From: Chrysochromulina tobinii
Taxonomy: Eukaryota
NCBI GenBank assembly: GCA_001275005.1
Contig: JWZX01002352.1
Location: forward strand, 1-32,488
Direction: 5' to 3'
Length of the DNA stretch: 32,488 bases
The notes beneath the pieces were generated by a model that was given only the letters and a program-made list of their open reading frames with translations, searched no databases and was not told the origin of the DNA. Positions 31,765-32,488 of this stretch are shown piece after piece (position 1 is the stretch's first letter; every line of letters begins with the position of its first letter). A program made the translations under genes and the position numbers.

Positions 31765-31930
31765 GTGGAGCTCGATTTGTGGAAATGCGTGCGGAGGGAG
31801 CAAAAGACGAGCAAAGTATGCCACGACAACTGATGCGTCACATAAAATGCGAGCAGCCGGTTTTGGCACTGAAATGTAAAGCCTTCACGGGCGTTTGCGG
31901 AATCGAAATTCACTTTTTGTTCGATTGCTC

Positions 31931-32488
31931 ATGCCACCCGCGCCGACCCCGCCCAACTCCGCGCCCGCGCGCAGCCGAACGCCGTCGGCCACGCGGAGCC
32001 GGCCCTCGTCCTCGGCCTCGGCGCCGCTCGTTGATTCGATGGGCCGCCGGCTGCAGCCCGTTGAGAAGAAGGCGCCGCCGAAGAAGAAGGAGGTCGACCA
32101 GGTCGCCGTGCTCAAGGAACGGCTCGCCAAGGGGCACCGGCTGAACGACGAGGAGCTCGCGCAGCTCGAGCTCGCGGCGGTCGCGCGCTGGCACGATCTG
32201 CAGCGAGAGGACGAAGCGGAGGCGCAAAAGGCGCGCGAGCGCGCGGCAGAGTTCGAGAGGCAGCGTGAGCAGCAGATACAAGCGGAGCTCCGGCAGCTGA
32301 AGAGCGTGGCGACTGCGGAGCGCGTCAACCCGAGGCGCGCGGACCGCACGGTCTCCGACGAGCTGCGCGAGCTGCGTGAGCTCCGCGACGCCGCTGCGCG
32401 TGACCGGGAGATGCTCGACGAGGCGGTCTCGCGTGAGCTCGAGGAGCTGCGGCAGTGGCAGGGGCAGCGCGCGAGCCAACGGCAGGGG
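31931..32488 (+). CDS. Coiled-coil hypothetical protein, truncated at the window end
   Basis: ATG at 31931 with the frame open to the end (MPPAPTPPNS...EKKAPPKKKEVDQVAVLKERL...EAQKARERAAEFERQREQQ...). It is absent from the ORF track because there is no stop in the window. Confidence 0.7.
   Translation, partial: MPPAPTPPNSAPARSRTPSATRSRPSSSASAPLVDSMGRRLQPVEKKAPPKKKEVDQVAVLKERLAKGHRLNDEELAQLELAAVARWHDLQREDEAEAQKARERAAEFERQREQQIQAELRQLKSVATAERVNPRRADRTVSDELRELRELRDAAARDREMLDEAVSRELEELRQWQGQRASQRQG

Overview
GC-rich, gene-dense eukaryotic nuclear DNA. It is most likely from a haptophyte alga such as Chrysochromulina; this is inferred from the complex-plastid targeting peptide, the GC content and the intron style. 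The window holds the 3' part of a putative DNA transposase and about 15 other protein-coding genes: a homeodomain/polyQ protein, a plastid DUF4079-like protein, PLAC8, a membrane-anchored ClpB-D2/torsin-like AAA+ ATPase, a Vsr/MIGE-like endonuclease in a lower-GC island, a DSP-ankyrin protein, an EF-hand protein, a 7-exon JmjC oxygenase, Nup210/gp210, a DUF1349-like protein, a TPR-ankyrin protein and several hypotheticals. The most striking signal is in the introns. Three unrelated genes share a ~37-42 nt 3' module (GCATGCAAGTGCTCACCACGGCGCC..CTCCCCACAG). In several introns everything upstream of that module is a near-perfect 18-43 nt copy of the start of the next exon, as if a tiny acceptor module were inserted with a long GT-initiated target duplication that creates a new intron. 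Other introns are mosaics of flanking-exon copies, sense-strand TRATKRCY minisatellites and internal AG|GT sites. All exon/intron calls were made by eye using reading-frame continuity and need RNA-seq confirmation.
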